From a virus: a stretch of 64,000 nucleotides of DNA. Of the stretch, positions 18,797 to 29,379 are shown one piece after another. The first letter of the stretch is position 1; the number at the start of each line of letters is the position of its first letter. Where the stretch lies: the IMG/VR virus record IMGVR_UViG_3300028840_002691, positions 1 through 64,000 of that record; one strand, written 5' to 3'. Both the position numbers and the translations under genes were made by a program. The notes beneath the pieces are model-generated. The model did not search any database, was not told the DNA's origin, and was given only the letters and a program-made list of their open reading frames with translations.

Positions 18797-19481
18797 AGTG
18801 GTCACAATACATCAGCCGGAGCACTTGCCGTGGCTTGGTTTCTTTCATAAGATATTTCAGGCAGACACGGTGGTACTGTTGGACAACGTGCCGTTCCGTA
18901 AGAACTACTTCCAGAACCGCAACAAAGTGCGCACGGCTACAGGGTTGACATGGGTGACTGTACCTGTGAAGAGGCATTTGGATACAAAGATCTGTGATGT
19001 GGAGATTGCTGGTGAGAGGTGGAAAAGAAAATGGTGGGATACTATTTACTACAATTATAAGAGAAGCAAGTTTTTTGAGAAGTATATGGAGGCATACTTT
19101 TGGCCTGATAAACTATTCGATACTTTGGAGGATTTATCTTCTTTTAATGAAGAACTGATATTTGATATGTGCTTAATGTTTGACGTTGAAACTCCAGAAT
19201 TTATTAGTACTGAAAGAGATATGAAAGTTTCTGGTGATGGTACTGATTTACTTCTTGATATTTGTGAAGCTACTATGGCCGACACTTACCTCTCAGGCCC
19301 ATCAGGCAGAGACTACTTGGAGCTGCACAAGTTCAACGAGGCAGACATAGAAGTCAAGTTTGAGGACTTCAAGCACCCAGTCTACAAGCAGCTCTACGAA
19401 CCGTTCATCTACAACACTTCGGCCATTGATCTGCTGTTCAACTACGGGCCGGACAGCTATGGGATTTTGATGGATGAATAA
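18789..19481 (+). CDS. WbqC-like protein
   Basis: IHQPEHLPWLGFFHK, FQNRNK, YLSGPSGRDY, SAIDLLFNYG. Confidence 0.9.
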   Translation: MSKVVTIHQPEHLPWLGFFHKIFQADTVVLLDNVPFRKNYFQNRNKVRTATGLTWVTVPVKRHLDTKICDVEIAGERWKRKWWDTIYYNYKRSKFFEKYMEAYFWPDKLFDTLEDLSSFNEELIFDMCLMFDVETPEFISTERDMKVSGDGTDLLLDICEATMADTYLSGPSGRDYLELHKFNEADIEVKFEDFKHPVYKQLYEPFIYNTSAIDLLFNYGPDSYGILMDE

Positions 19482-20325
19482 GACAGTCATAATAGCAGAG
19501 GTCGGAGAGTGCTGGAACGGTGAGCTGGAGACTGCCAGAAAGCTGATAAATGCTGCAGCGCATGCTGGCTGTGACTACGTCAAGTTTCAAACCCTAGACA
19601 GCGAAGGCATACGGGACAGCGACCCAGAAGCCAAATGGTTCAGGAAGGTGGCATTGACTCCTGGCCTTATGCACGTTTTTCGCACGTGGGCAGATTTGTA
19701 CAAGATAAAGCTGTTGTTTACTCCAGAGAACGTCAGAACAGCCGAGTGGGTCGCCGACATGAGGCTGCCGGAGGTGAAGGTGGCCAGCTCCTCAATAGTT
19801 GACTATGAGTTGTTGGAGTTTGTGAAGGACAACTTCGACACGATCTTTCTCTCTACTGGTATGGCTTCTGCGGAAGAAGTGTCTGCTGCTGTTGGTTTTC
19901 TTAGTAGTAGTACTTATCTTTATTTAATGCACTGTATTTCTGAATACCCAACTGGTCCTTTATTGGAAAAGAGAGGATTGAAGGCCTTGAATGAGGCAGA
20001 TGTAAATTTGAACATGATGAAAGTTTTGGCTAGCAAATACCTCTGTAAGGTTGGCTACTCAGACCACACGGCTGGCATACTGGCTCCGGTGTCCGCTGTG
20101 GCTATGGGGGCTGAGGTGATAGAAAAGCACATCTGTTGGGACAGGAGGGATGGGCTCGCTTTCCACGACGGCACCGACTACGTGCTCTCTGCTGAGCCTT
20201 GGGAGCTGAAGGAGATGGTAGACCAGATACGCAGGGTGGAGAAGATGAAAGGCAGCGGCAACTGGCAGCGCACAGGGGGTGAATTGCTGCTGAAGGACTT
20301 CTTGAGAGGGAGATTTGACGGATGA
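19474..20325 (+). CDS. Nonulosonic acid synthase NeuB-like #2 (no SAF domain)
   Basis: IIAEVG, VKFQ, LSTGM, HCISEYP, GYSDH, IEKH. Confidence 0.9.
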   Translation: MNKTVIIAEVGECWNGELETARKLINAAAHAGCDYVKFQTLDSEGIRDSDPEAKWFRKVALTPGLMHVFRTWADLYKIKLLFTPENVRTAEWVADMRLPEVKVASSSIVDYELLEFVKDNFDTIFLSTGMASAEEVSAAVGFLSSSTYLYLMHCISEYPTGPLLEKRGLKALNEADVNLNMMKVLASKYLCKVGYSDHTAGILAPVSAVAMGAEVIEKHICWDRRDGLAFHDGTDYVLSAEPWELKEMVDQIRRVEKMKGSGNWQRTGGELLLKDFLRGRFDG

Positions 20326-20672
20326 ACAGCGAGACTAAGATCGTTATGGTGATTGTGATGCTGTTGGTGGGGGCTGTTTGCTTTGCGCCATTTTTTGCTG
20401 GCAGTGGCGAGGATGCTGCCTGTAGCAAGATGCCACCGGAAGTCGAAAAGCAGAGTGATTACTTTGATAGGGTGGAGAAGCTGATAGCCGATACCGACGT
20501 GACCAATACCGAGGAGCTGTTGACTTCAAGCATACTGTGCTGTGCGATGATGGCTAAGGCATTGGGTACTGAGTACCTGCAGCTGCTTTCGGACGCCTGC
20601 GACATGTACATAGAATACATTGAGGAGTTGGCTGAGGTATTAGGCAAGAAAGACAAAGGGGAGCCGATATGA
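20322..20672 (+). CDS. Hypothetical membrane-anchored protein
   Basis: N-terminal hydrophobic segment; coupled ORF. Confidence 0.5.
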   Translation: MNSETKIVMVIVMLLVGAVCFAPFFAGSGEDAACSKMPPEVEKQSDYFDRVEKLIADTDVTNTEELLTSSILCCAMMAKALGTEYLQLLSDACDMYIEYIEELAEVLGKKDKGEPI

Positions 20673-21619
20673 GAAAGGTGCTGTTCGTCACCAGGGCAGA
20701 CAACAAGCAGGGCATGGGCGACCTTATGGGCTCTCTTGCTATAGCCGAGGAGTTCAACAGTCATGGTTGGCACACAGACTTCCGAGTGGAAATGAACGAA
20801 GCTGTGGAGAAGGTGTTCAAGGACGCTGGTTTTGTAGCAGGTTACACTCAGAGCAATGAGTATGATGTTGTGATAGTCAACCAGCTCACCACCAGCCGCG
20901 ACGACTTAACAGTGTTGAAAGAGCAGTATGGCAGGGCAAAGCTGGTAACGATAGATGATGCTGGAGAGGCAGCCGTGCACATGGCCGATCTCAGGATAAA
21001 TCCGCTCTACGATACGTTGACCGCGCACAAGGGCTTCGAGTACGTGCCCATTGACGGGGTGTTCAGAAGCGCACGCAGCGAGATTACTCCAATAAGAAGG
21101 ATGGTTGGCAGGATTCTGGTAACGCTGGGTGGGGCAGACACTTATGGTTTCAACGAGAGGGTGAATAGGTTATTGCTGAAGATACCATTGACTGCCGTTG
21201 TCAAAACAGTACACGGACCTGCCGTTAGGGATGGTGGTGGCGATTATGATGGGGCTGTCGACTATCGGCATCAAGTAAAGTGGTCGTTGACTCAGCGGCA
21301 GATGTGCAAGGCAATGACCTGGGCAGACTTGGTTATCTGCTCCTGTGGGCTGACTGTGTTTCAGGCTTTGTGTGTTGGGGTGCCTGCTGTGGTTGTTTGC
21401 GCTGAGACTTTTGAGGAGGAGACAGCGAAGAGGCTTGAGGAGAAAGGTGTGATAGTGAACTTGGGTTTCGCTGGCATGCTGGACGGATACACTTTCACCG
21501 AGGCTGTGGTGGAACTGGTGAACGACTCCTACAGACGTAAGGAGATGACTGCCAAAGGATTAGACCTTATAGACGGCAAAGGTACGGAGAAGATTTATGC
21601 TCTTATTGCCAGATACTAG
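20669..21619 (+). CDS. PseG/SpsG-like GT-B nucleotide-sugar hydrolase
   Basis: GMGD, TIDD, ILVTLGGAD, ADLVICSCGLT, IDGKG. Confidence 0.8.
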   Translation: MRKVLFVTRADNKQGMGDLMGSLAIAEEFNSHGWHTDFRVEMNEAVEKVFKDAGFVAGYTQSNEYDVVIVNQLTTSRDDLTVLKEQYGRAKLVTIDDAGEAAVHMADLRINPLYDTLTAHKGFEYVPIDGVFRSARSEITPIRRMVGRILVTLGGADTYGFNERVNRLLLKIPLTAVVKTVHGPAVRDGGGDYDGAVDYRHQVKWSLTQRQMCKAMTWADLVICSCGLTVFQALCVGVPAVVVCAETFEEETAKRLEEKGVIVNLGFAGMLDGYTFTEAVVELVNDSYRRKEMTAKGLDLIDGKGTEKIYALIARY

Positions 21620-22262
21620 GGTGTTGGTAGTGGCCCCGCATCCAGATGATGAGGTGCTTGGCTGTGGAGGGCTGATTGCCAGGTTCTGTGGTGAGAAGAT
21701 TCTGGTGGCCGTTTGTGTGGCTGGTTATAGGGTGTATAATCACACACCAGATATGGAAGAGGCAAGAGAGCAAGCGTATGCTTTGCAAGTTGCTGCTAAG
21801 ATTTTGAGCAATGGTGTCGGGTATAGGATAAACACTCTCGCTTGCAAAGATGAGGAAATGGGTCAAAAACTCATAGATACTGCAATAAAAATAGAATCAA
21901 CAGTGCACCACTTTAAACCAACTATGGTATTCCTGCCATGGAAAGGCGACACCAACCAGGACCACAAGGCCGTTCACCATGCTGGTATAATAGCCACCAA
22001 GCAGGTGCCCAACATATTCTGCTACGAGGTGCCTTCTTCCACTGAGGTTTACAGCGGGTTTGTGCCGAACTTCTACATGCCGATGACTGCTGATGTTTTG
22101 GAAAAGAAAGTGGAAGCGATGCTATGTTACAAGAGGGAAATGAGAGAGTACCCACATCCAAGATCCGCAAATGGCTTGTGCTCATGGGCAGAGAAAAGAG
22201 GAATGGAATGTGGGCACAATGCTGCAGAAGCATTCATGATGATCAGAGGGGTGTATGGCTAG
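21597..22262 (+). CDS. LmbE/PIG-L family N-deacetylase
   Basis: APHPDDEVLGCGG, NQDH, YEVPSST, AEAF. Confidence 0.9.
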   Translation: MLLLPDTRVLVVAPHPDDEVLGCGGLIARFCGEKILVAVCVAGYRVYNHTPDMEEAREQAYALQVAAKILSNGVGYRINTLACKDEEMGQKLIDTAIKIESTVHHFKPTMVFLPWKGDTNQDHKAVHHAGIIATKQVPNIFCYEVPSSTEVYSGFVPNFYMPMTADVLEKKVEAMLCYKREMREYPHPRSANGLCSWAEKRGMECGHNAAEAFMMIRGVYG

Positions 22263-23829
22263 GCTGATCATAGTTACGGACTACGTGCGGATAGGCAGCG
22301 AGTTCAAGGGCGCAGAGATACTAGCATTGACTCATGGGGCGCAACTGGCCTGCGAGCAGCAAGGCTTTCAGTGCTCAGTGCCGGACAACCTCTACGACTA
22401 CAGAGCGTTCCGCAAGGACTTCCTGCCGATAGCCTGGGAGATAGACCGAGTGCTGGAGAAGCTGGACGAGAGCGGCAAGTGGACATGGTTCCCGTATGCC
22501 TGGAGTGGCAACGAGTACTGGTTCATTGTGTTCTTTGCCAACCTGTTCTACCTGTCAAAGCTGGCTAGGAGGATAAACGAAGTCTACAGAGGCTGCAGGC
22601 CGATAATACTGCACAGTGGTGGGCTGCTTGAGAAGCCGATAGACGAAGGTATAGAGTTCACTCACAGTGACCTGAACCTGCACCGCTTCAGTTTTGGGTT
22701 GAACACAAAGGTCTATTGGCTGAAGAGTCTGCTGGATGACTGTCAGGTTCTCAGGTCCAGCTCGGCTTACAGCTTGCCGGACATGATGGCTCTGCACTAC
22801 AGCAAGATCAGGGGGCTGAAGTACAACTCTGGCGGACACCTGTTTCTGGATATATGCGACCAGGGTGCTCCGGTGTGGGTAGCGCAGGCAGGCTACGAGG
22901 TCAGCAGGCTGAAGAAGCGCCTTCCTGAGTATAAGTACTCATTCCCGCTGGTGGAACTGGAGAACGAGCAGTTGGAATATAGTGGGCTAAGAAGCAGCCC
23001 GTTGACCAAGGACTTCCGTGAGTTCTTGATGAACTACTTCTCTGGGCAGTCACTGGCGCTGAACAGAGCGTACAATGTCTTCTCCAGGTATCATGACTGT
23101 GTGGTCAGGAGGGTGCGCTCGGCGTTTGAGCTGTTGGACAGGATGTTCAGGGAGCAGAGGCCAAAGGCTGTGTTCTACTCAGTGGGCTCCACCAGGCTAC
23201 ACGAGGCGCTGCTTGGGTGGATGGCCAATGAGCGCGGCGTGCCCGTGTTCTACTTTGATCATGGTGGTGGGCAGTTGTTTGCTGAAGATCCGCTGATCAA
23301 CTACCAGGGAGCTAATAACATTGTTTCCAGGCATCACATCAGAAGGAAGCGGTTCGGTTCATTGGCCATGTACGAACTGAGCAAAAAGAAGAAGCCAAGA
23401 ACCAAAGGCATATTGTACTGCCCAGGTCCTCCAGTGTATCATGCTTACAAGGATTTGATGCTGACGTGCTCGGATGCTGAGTCGTTCAAAAAACACAAGA
23501 ACATAGTGGAGTGCGGTAGCGGCAAGGGGCTGGACATAAAGGTGCACCCAGGCGAGGGAGACAGCAACTACCTCTACTTTAGGAATCTGTGCAAGGGCTA
23601 CGACGTGAGGGTTTTGTACGGCTTTCCTGCTGAGGAGATTCTCGGGGAGTACAACTTGATAATGCTGGATTTTCTGCGCTCGGCACTGACGGAGGCTGCT
23701 GTAGCTCAAGGTGTTGCAGTTGAATACTACGGAGAGTCCGTGGAAACGCTACAAGAGAATGGCAAGAGGAAGGAACTACAGGACCCAGGACCAGCGATAG
23801 CTGACTATGTGAGGAGCTTGATAGACTGA
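22255..23829 (+). CDS. Putative glycosyltransferase-like protein
   Basis: DHGG, IKVHP, SALTEA pattern resembling GT-B nonulosonate transferases; cluster context. Confidence 0.45.
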   Translation: MARLIIVTDYVRIGSEFKGAEILALTHGAQLACEQQGFQCSVPDNLYDYRAFRKDFLPIAWEIDRVLEKLDESGKWTWFPYAWSGNEYWFIVFFANLFYLSKLARRINEVYRGCRPIILHSGGLLEKPIDEGIEFTHSDLNLHRFSFGLNTKVYWLKSLLDDCQVLRSSSAYSLPDMMALHYSKIRGLKYNSGGHLFLDICDQGAPVWVAQAGYEVSRLKKRLPEYKYSFPLVELENEQLEYSGLRSSPLTKDFREFLMNYFSGQSLALNRAYNVFSRYHDCVVRRVRSAFELLDRMFREQRPKAVFYSVGSTRLHEALLGWMANERGVPVFYFDHGGGQLFAEDPLINYQGANNIVSRHHIRRKRFGSLAMYELSKKKKPRTKGILYCPGPPVYHAYKDLMLTCSDAESFKKHKNIVECGSGKGLDIKVHPGEGDSNYLYFRNLCKGYDVRVLYGFPAEEILGEYNLIMLDFLRSALTEAAVAQGVAVEYYGESVETLQENGKRKELQDPGPAIADYVRSLID

Positions 23830-24494
23830 TGGAATATGAGTTGGATGTGGTTTACCATGTTGATTGCAATGTTGGGGAGGTAAAGGAGAAACTAGGAGAC
23901 ACTGTGGCAGATTTGATTGTTGTTGACTCACCAAGATGCTCTATGTGGAGCTACTCCTTCGACTTTCTAAAGCGCGGTGGTGTGCTGCTGCAGCTGGCGG
24001 AACTTGATAAGGAGGTTGAAAACTCTGCAATTGATTTGAGCAAGTTCTCTCTGCAGGCGAAGATCTTCAACTACGACTTGCTGAGGTGTGGAAGCGCTGT
24101 AACAGATGGGGATTCTTTCTTTGCTGTGTTTAAGGGTGGGGCCACTCGCACAGAGGACCATTCGCTGGTCTTGCCTAGGTACAACAACTTTTCCAGTTCT
24201 GAGAGGAATCTGGTCTTTGGCCTGTATCTGGTGGAGTCATTCTCTAGTGTTGGTGACTTGGTTATAGACCCGTACGCAGGCAGCGGCACCTTCGGTGTGG
24301 CCAGCTTGCTGCTGGGGAGGCGGTATTTGGGGTTTGATGATAGGAGCGGCAGGTGTGAGCAGGCCAACCAGCGCCTAGACTACGTGAAGAGTATGCATGC
24401 TGCTGGATTTAAGTTGTACCTATCACCTAATGATCTTAATAAAGTGATTTATGATTTGAAGGACTATGGAGACGTTAATCCTGCTGCCAGTTAA
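23829..24494 (+). CDS. N6/N4 DNA methyltransferase-fold protein, paralog of 15410, degenerate catalytic motif
   Basis: VIDPYAGSGTFGVASLLLGRRYLGFD; DLIVVDSP where DPPY is expected. Confidence 0.65.
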   Translation: MEYELDVVYHVDCNVGEVKEKLGDTVADLIVVDSPRCSMWSYSFDFLKRGGVLLQLAELDKEVENSAIDLSKFSLQAKIFNYDLLRCGSAVTDGDSFFAVFKGGATRTEDHSLVLPRYNNFSSSERNLVFGLYLVESFSSVGDLVIDPYAGSGTFGVASLLLGRRYLGFDDRSGRCEQANQRLDYVKSMHAAGFKLYLSPNDLNKVIYDLKDYGDVNPAAS

Positions 24495-25167
24495 GGAGCG
24501 ATCAAAAAGGCTACCAAGGAAGAACCTGAGAGAGCTAAACGGCAGGCTTATGTTCAGGCACGTTCTGTACCAGGCTTTGAGGTTCTGTTCATCAGTGAAG
24601 CCGTGTTCGGTAGTGGTATCAACAGAGAGCAGCGAGGTCGAGCATCTTGCAAAGAGGTCGATGGTTGGAATAGTGAAGAGACCACCTTGGCTAGCAGAAG
24701 ATCCGGCCACAGTGATAGATGTCACACTGCACGCACTGTATCAGTTGGAGAGAAGGGGGAAGCCATTCGATACTGTGATGGTGCTGATGCCCAACTGTCC
24801 GTTTACTACTGCTGGTGACATGAAGGCGGCATTCGGTCTCTACACAGCAAACGGAGCAAAGTGGCCAGTGATGTCCACGGTGCAGATCAGCCAACCATAC
24901 AACCCATACTACTCGATGATGGTGGTAATGAGCCGACTGAGGCCGCTGTGGTTTGCGAACATGGAAAAGCTGAGAGACAGGGAGTTTCCGGTGTGTTGGC
25001 ACTTCAATGGGGCGATATTCATCTGTCCAGTTGAGATGTTGAAAGAGGAGAGGAGCTTCTATATTAACGGCACTATACCTTACGAGATGCCTCCGGAGCG
25101 GAGCATAGATGTGGATACGGAGCTGGATTTCAGGATAGCACAATGCTTGATGCAGTCAAAACCATAA
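24466..25167 (+). CDS. Acylneuraminate cytidylyltransferase, NeuA-like #2
   Basis: SKRLPRKN, VSTES, RPPWLA, NGAIF, SIDVDT..DF. Confidence 0.9.
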   Translation: METLILLPVKERSKRLPRKNLRELNGRLMFRHVLYQALRFCSSVKPCSVVVSTESSEVEHLAKRSMVGIVKRPPWLAEDPATVIDVTLHALYQLERRGKPFDTVMVLMPNCPFTTAGDMKAAFGLYTANGAKWPVMSTVQISQPYNPYYSMMVVMSRLRPLWFANMEKLRDREFPVCWHFNGAIFICPVEMLKEERSFYINGTIPYEMPPERSIDVDTELDFRIAQCLMQSKP

Positions 25168-26354
25168 CAGACGTATTCTTCAGGAAGCGCTTCTACCAGC
25201 ATGACTTCTTCTGCGGCAGCAACACCTGGCAGGAGGTCAAGAACGTGGTTTGTCACATTCTGCTCAGGCATCCATTGGTAAAAGGCGTGTACATAGGGGA
25301 GTATGAGAAGCTGGCCGCACAATGGATGAACTGCCAGTATGGATGTTCATTTGCTACGGGGCGGCAGGCTCTTTATGCAATACTAAAAGCACTAGGGATA
25401 GGTGAAGGGGATGAAGTCATTTTACAGGCTTTTACTTGTGTTGTTGTGCCAAGGGCTATTCTGTACGCTGGTGCTAAGCCGGTTTATGTTGACATCGATG
25501 GTGAGACTTACAACATGGACGCTGCAAAGGTTAGAGCAGCTCTCACACCAAGGACCAGAGCGCTGATCATGCAGCATACTTTTGGTTATCCGGCAGCTGT
25601 CAGGGAGCTGCAGGATATCTGCGTAGAGAACAGCTTGTACTTGATAGAGGACTGCGCCCATGCGGTTGGCAGTAGATACAATGGGGTGAACGTGGGCGGA
25701 TTCGGCACAGCAGGCTTCTACAGCTCTGACCACACAAAGACAATTTCCACGAGCACGGGAGGCATGGCGTTCACTAATGATAAGACACTGGCTGAGAAGA
25801 TACAGCTTTGTGGCAGAGATAATACTCTGTCTCGTCTTGATGTACTTAGAATTGCACTTACATTCGTTGTTGAGACCTTGATCACGTATCCGCAGGTGTA
25901 CTGGCTGTTGAAGCCGTTGAGGCAGCTGTTGAACAGGACGCTATTCTTCTTTTACAAGGACGAGAACGCGGAGCAGAAACCGTTGCGCTACCCGCTAAAG
26001 CTGAGCAACCTGCAGGCTATGATCGGTCTGGACCAGCTGAGCAAGCTGGCTAGCAATTTGGGGCACCGTATGGCAATGAGCAACTGGCTTGGGGAGAACG
26101 AGAATCAACCCCTTCTCCGTTACCCAAGGTACAATGGCAACCCGCAGCTGCTGGTAGACGCCATGTGCAAGTACGTTACCATAGGTCGGTGGTATGACTC
26201 TCCAGTGTTCGGGTGCGAGCGTTTGGACTCTGTTGGCTACAAGAAAGGCTCCTGTCCAGTGGCAGAGCTGGTGGCTAAGCACGTGGTGAACTTTCCCACT
26301 CATTCAAGGACCAATACAAAGATGTTCAACTTCTTGGAGGGCTTTCATGGGTGA
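25143..26354 (+). CDS. DegT/DnrJ family sugar aminotransferase
   Basis: QHTFG, IEDCAHAVG, SSDHTKTISTSTGG. Confidence 0.9.
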   Translation: MLDAVKTITDVFFRKRFYQHDFFCGSNTWQEVKNVVCHILLRHPLVKGVYIGEYEKLAAQWMNCQYGCSFATGRQALYAILKALGIGEGDEVILQAFTCVVVPRAILYAGAKPVYVDIDGETYNMDAAKVRAALTPRTRALIMQHTFGYPAAVRELQDICVENSLYLIEDCAHAVGSRYNGVNVGGFGTAGFYSSDHTKTISTSTGGMAFTNDKTLAEKIQLCGRDNTLSRLDVLRIALTFVVETLITYPQVYWLLKPLRQLLNRTLFFFYKDENAEQKPLRYPLKLSNLQAMIGLDQLSKLASNLGHRMAMSNWLGENENQPLLRYPRYNGNPQLLVDAMCKYVTIGRWYDSPVFGCERLDSVGYKKGSCPVAELVAKHVVNFPTHSRTNTKMFNFLEGFHG

Positions 26355-26562
26355 CACCAGGCACATAAGTGATATAGTTCCGGAGAGGTACAAAGACACA
26401 GCGCGAAAGCTGGCCGAGAACCATGTGGACTGGCTGCTGGAGATGATGAGGCCGTTGATGATAACGGAGTTTGAGCACGGCTTTCGGCATGGATGGGAGA
26501 GCGCGGAGAATGCCCACGAGGAAGACTTCATAGAAGAAATGAGGCAAAGGAATGAAGAATAG
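26347..26562 (+). CDS. Hypothetical phage protein
   Basis: Overlapping-coupled small ORF, FEHGFRHG. Confidence 0.55.
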   Translation: MGDTRHISDIVPERYKDTARKLAENHVDWLLEMMRPLMITEFEHGFRHGWESAENAHEEDFIEEMRQRNEE

Positions 26563-27445
26563 AGTAGCAGTAGTTATCTCATGTTACAACCACGAGCCTT
26601 TCATCAAGGAGTGCATAAACAGCGTAAAGGGTCAAACATACAAGGACTTCACCATCCACTTCTGGGACAACAACTCCACAGATGGCAGCTTCAAGGAGGC
26701 ATTCAAGCACCTGATACCGGAGGCGAGCATATCGGACTTCGGGCTGAAGAAGGTGCTGCCCATAGGGATAGCAAGATGGCTTATGGTCACAGAGGTGCCT
26801 GCGCAGTATTCACACATAGCCATACTGGACGCAGACGACCAGTGGGGCAAGTACAAACTGGAGAGGCAGATGCCCCTGTTCGACGACCCAGAGGTGAAGA
26901 TGGTCTTTTCGGACTGCTATTACCTGCACTGGAGAAAAGAAACGGTGCAGGTGGGTGGATTTCCAGCATTTACAACAGAAAAGATATACACGAGAGTAAA
27001 AGGAACATTTCACGAAAAGTATCCCCCAAAGTCTGGAGACGTGTTCTTTGATTTACTTTACGGTGATAGATTTGGTATTGCTGGGCATAATTTTATGCCT
27101 TGTCCTACGTTGGTATTTGATAGAAAAGCACTAATGGATGTTATAGGCAACCCGATGCATTATACAAGTGCGGAAGATTATGACTGGTGTTTAAAAATGA
27201 CTGCAAAATATAAGTGTGCTTATGCTAAAGAGCCTTTGGCTTATTACAGAATACATGACACGCAAATAACACAGAAGACTCCGGCACGGTGCACGGCAGA
27301 GGAGATAGACGTAGTGAGGACAGCTATGCACTACAGACTGCTGACAAGCAGACAGAAGCGCAAAGTGTACAGGCATCTGCTCTGGCTGTACGCAAAACTC
27401 ATTTATAAGGAGGTTCAAGGACTTAAAAATGAACGGAACAGTTAA
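26552..27445 (+). CDS. GT2 family glycosyltransferase
   Basis: SCYNHE, DNNSTDGS, LDADD, EDYDW, YRIH. Confidence 0.9.
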   Translation: MKNRVAVVISCYNHEPFIKECINSVKGQTYKDFTIHFWDNNSTDGSFKEAFKHLIPEASISDFGLKKVLPIGIARWLMVTEVPAQYSHIAILDADDQWGKYKLERQMPLFDDPEVKMVFSDCYYLHWRKETVQVGGFPAFTTEKIYTRVKGTFHEKYPPKSGDVFFDLLYGDRFGIAGHNFMPCPTLVFDRKALMDVIGNPMHYTSAEDYDWCLKMTAKYKCAYAKEPLAYYRIHDTQITQKTPARCTAEEIDVVRTAMHYRLLTSRQKRKVYRHLLWLYAKLIYKEVQGLKNERNS

Positions 27446-27743
27446 GACAATAGCACTTATATTGGGAATAGTGGCTACGGCTTTTGGCGGGTATTCCTTT
27501 ATTGACTCCACCTACGCTAGCAAGACAGAGACGGTGGCTGCCTTTTACCAGTTCAAGAGGGACATGGAGACCAACCAGATGTACTATCGCCTGCGCTACC
27601 TGGAGGACTTGGCCATGAACATACGGTGGCACCTGTCGCAGTTCCCGAATGACAGGGCGGCAGCAATGCAGCTGCACAAAGTGGAGCAGGAGATACAGGT
27701 GATTCAGAAGCGCATCAATGACCTTATGTACCACGGAGGTTAA
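27429..27743 (+). CDS. Hypothetical membrane-anchored protein
   Basis: N-terminal TM followed by coiled coil. Confidence 0.55.
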   Translation: MNGTVKTIALILGIVATAFGGYSFIDSTYASKTETVAAFYQFKRDMETNQMYYRLRYLEDLAMNIRWHLSQFPNDRAAAMQLHKVEQEIQVIQKRINDLMYHGG

Positions 27744-27745
27744 GA

Positions 27746-28093
27746 ATGATGAGAGAGATAAAGTTTAGGTGCTGGCACAGATTGGCAGATAAAATGTTAT
27801 ATGATGAGAAGCCAGGAGATTGTCTAGTTTGGAAAAATCAAGGTCAAGACATTGAAGCTGTCATGCAATACACCGGCCTTAAGGACAAGAACGGTGTGGA
27901 GATTTACGAGGAGGACATTTTAAGATGTTATGATAAAACAACTAATAATGTTTTTACACTTCCCTTATACTGGTCTAAAACACAACCTGGATTTTTTTAC
28001 GGATTATATCATTTGAATACGGTTATGATCAAAGAGCATGAAATTAAAATCATCGGCAATATCTACGAGAACCCAGAACTGGTGAAAACATGA
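27746..28093 (+). CDS. YopX family phage protein
   Basis: REIKFRCW, MQYTGLKDKNGVEIYEEDI, IIGNIYENPEL. Confidence 0.9.
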   Translation: MMREIKFRCWHRLADKMLYDEKPGDCLVWKNQGQDIEAVMQYTGLKDKNGVEIYEEDILRCYDKTTNNVFTLPLYWSKTQPGFFYGLYHLNTVMIKEHEIKIIGNIYENPELVKT

Positions 28094-29379
28094 GGACAAT
28101 AGAGAAGTCATTGAAGCTGTACGACAGAGCACAAAAAGTGATACCTGGCGCCGCACAGACCATGAGCAAGATGTACGGCAGGTTCGCACAGGGTGTGGCT
28201 CCACCGTTCATAAGTGGAGGTTCTGGGGCGTATGTATTCGACTGCGACGGCAACAAATACCTAGACTGGACCGCTGCACTAGGGCCTGTGATTCTGGGTT
28301 ACGGGGCGTTGGGGCCTAAGACCAATGCACCAAAGCTCAGGCCGTCTTTACCGTTGCCGCACTTGTACGAGGTGGAATTGGCCGAGAAACTGGTAGAAAA
28401 GATCCCCTGCGCCGAGATGGTACGGTTCGGCAAAACGGGCAGCGACGTCACCAGCGCCGCTGTGAGGTTGGCCAGGCACGTGACAGGCAGAGGTGGAGTT
28501 GTGTGCATGGGCTATCATGGATGGCACGACTGGTACGCTGGCACTTTGCCCAGCCCAAGATCAGACGGAGTGCCATGGGGAGTTAGAGAGTATGTGCACA
28601 AGATAGACTACAGTGATTTGACGACATTGAAAAATCTATTTGAAGACCCTGAGAAGCACATTGCCTGCTTGATATTGGAGCCGATGTCTCGTTACGCCCC
28701 AGAGCAGGCCAACAGGCAGCACCTGCTAAAGTTGAAAGAGATGTGCGCTAAGCACAGAGTTGTCTTGGTGTTTGACGAGATGATCATGGGCTTCAGGCAC
28801 GCTGTCGGTGGCGGTGGGGAGTTGTTTGGTGTGGAGCCGGATTTGGCTTGCTTTGGCAAGGCGATGGGCAATGGATATTCTATTTCGGCTCTAGTGGGCA
28901 GGAGGGACCTGATGCAGGAGTTGGAGCACCTGCATTTTTCGGGCACGTTCTTTGGTGAGACTATTGGGCTGGCTGCAGCGCTGGACACGATAGAGTTCAT
29001 CCACATGAATGATGTGATTTCCAGGCTTTGGGACAAGGGCACGCTGCTGAATCCAAAGATCCGTCGTCTCATCAACAAACACAACCTCGGCAACAACGGT
29101 GACAGCTGTGTGCACTTGAAGGGGTACGGACCGTGGTCGTCTTTTGAGTGGAAAGAGGAATGCTTTGAGGAGCAGTGTCTGTTCCTGCAGGAAGTGGTGA
29201 AGCGAGGCATTCTGTACAGCAGGGATCATTTCATAATGCACGCGCACACCGAGGAGGACATAAAGAAAACACTCAACGTCTATGACGAGGTATTCGGCTA
29301 CATCAGGGACTGCATGGACAAGGGCACGGTGAACCAAAACCTGGAAGGACGAATAGAGAAGGAGAAGTTTCCGCGATGA
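28090..29379 (+). CDS. Class III PLP aminotransferase (GSA-aminomutase-like)
   Basis: DCDGNKYLD, GYHGWHDW, FDEMIMGFR, FGKAMGNG, SGTF. Confidence 0.9.
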   Translation: MRTIEKSLKLYDRAQKVIPGAAQTMSKMYGRFAQGVAPPFISGGSGAYVFDCDGNKYLDWTAALGPVILGYGALGPKTNAPKLRPSLPLPHLYEVELAEKLVEKIPCAEMVRFGKTGSDVTSAAVRLARHVTGRGGVVCMGYHGWHDWYAGTLPSPRSDGVPWGVREYVHKIDYSDLTTLKNLFEDPEKHIACLILEPMSRYAPEQANRQHLLKLKEMCAKHRVVLVFDEMIMGFRHAVGGGGELFGVEPDLACFGKAMGNGYSISALVGRRDLMQELEHLHFSGTFFGETIGLAAALDTIEFIHMNDVISRLWDKGTLLNPKIRRLINKHNLGNNGDSCVHLKGYGPWSSFEWKEECFEEQCLFLQEVVKRGILYSRDHFIMHAHTEEDIKKTLNVYDEVFGYIRDCMDKGTVNQNLEGRIEKEKFPR

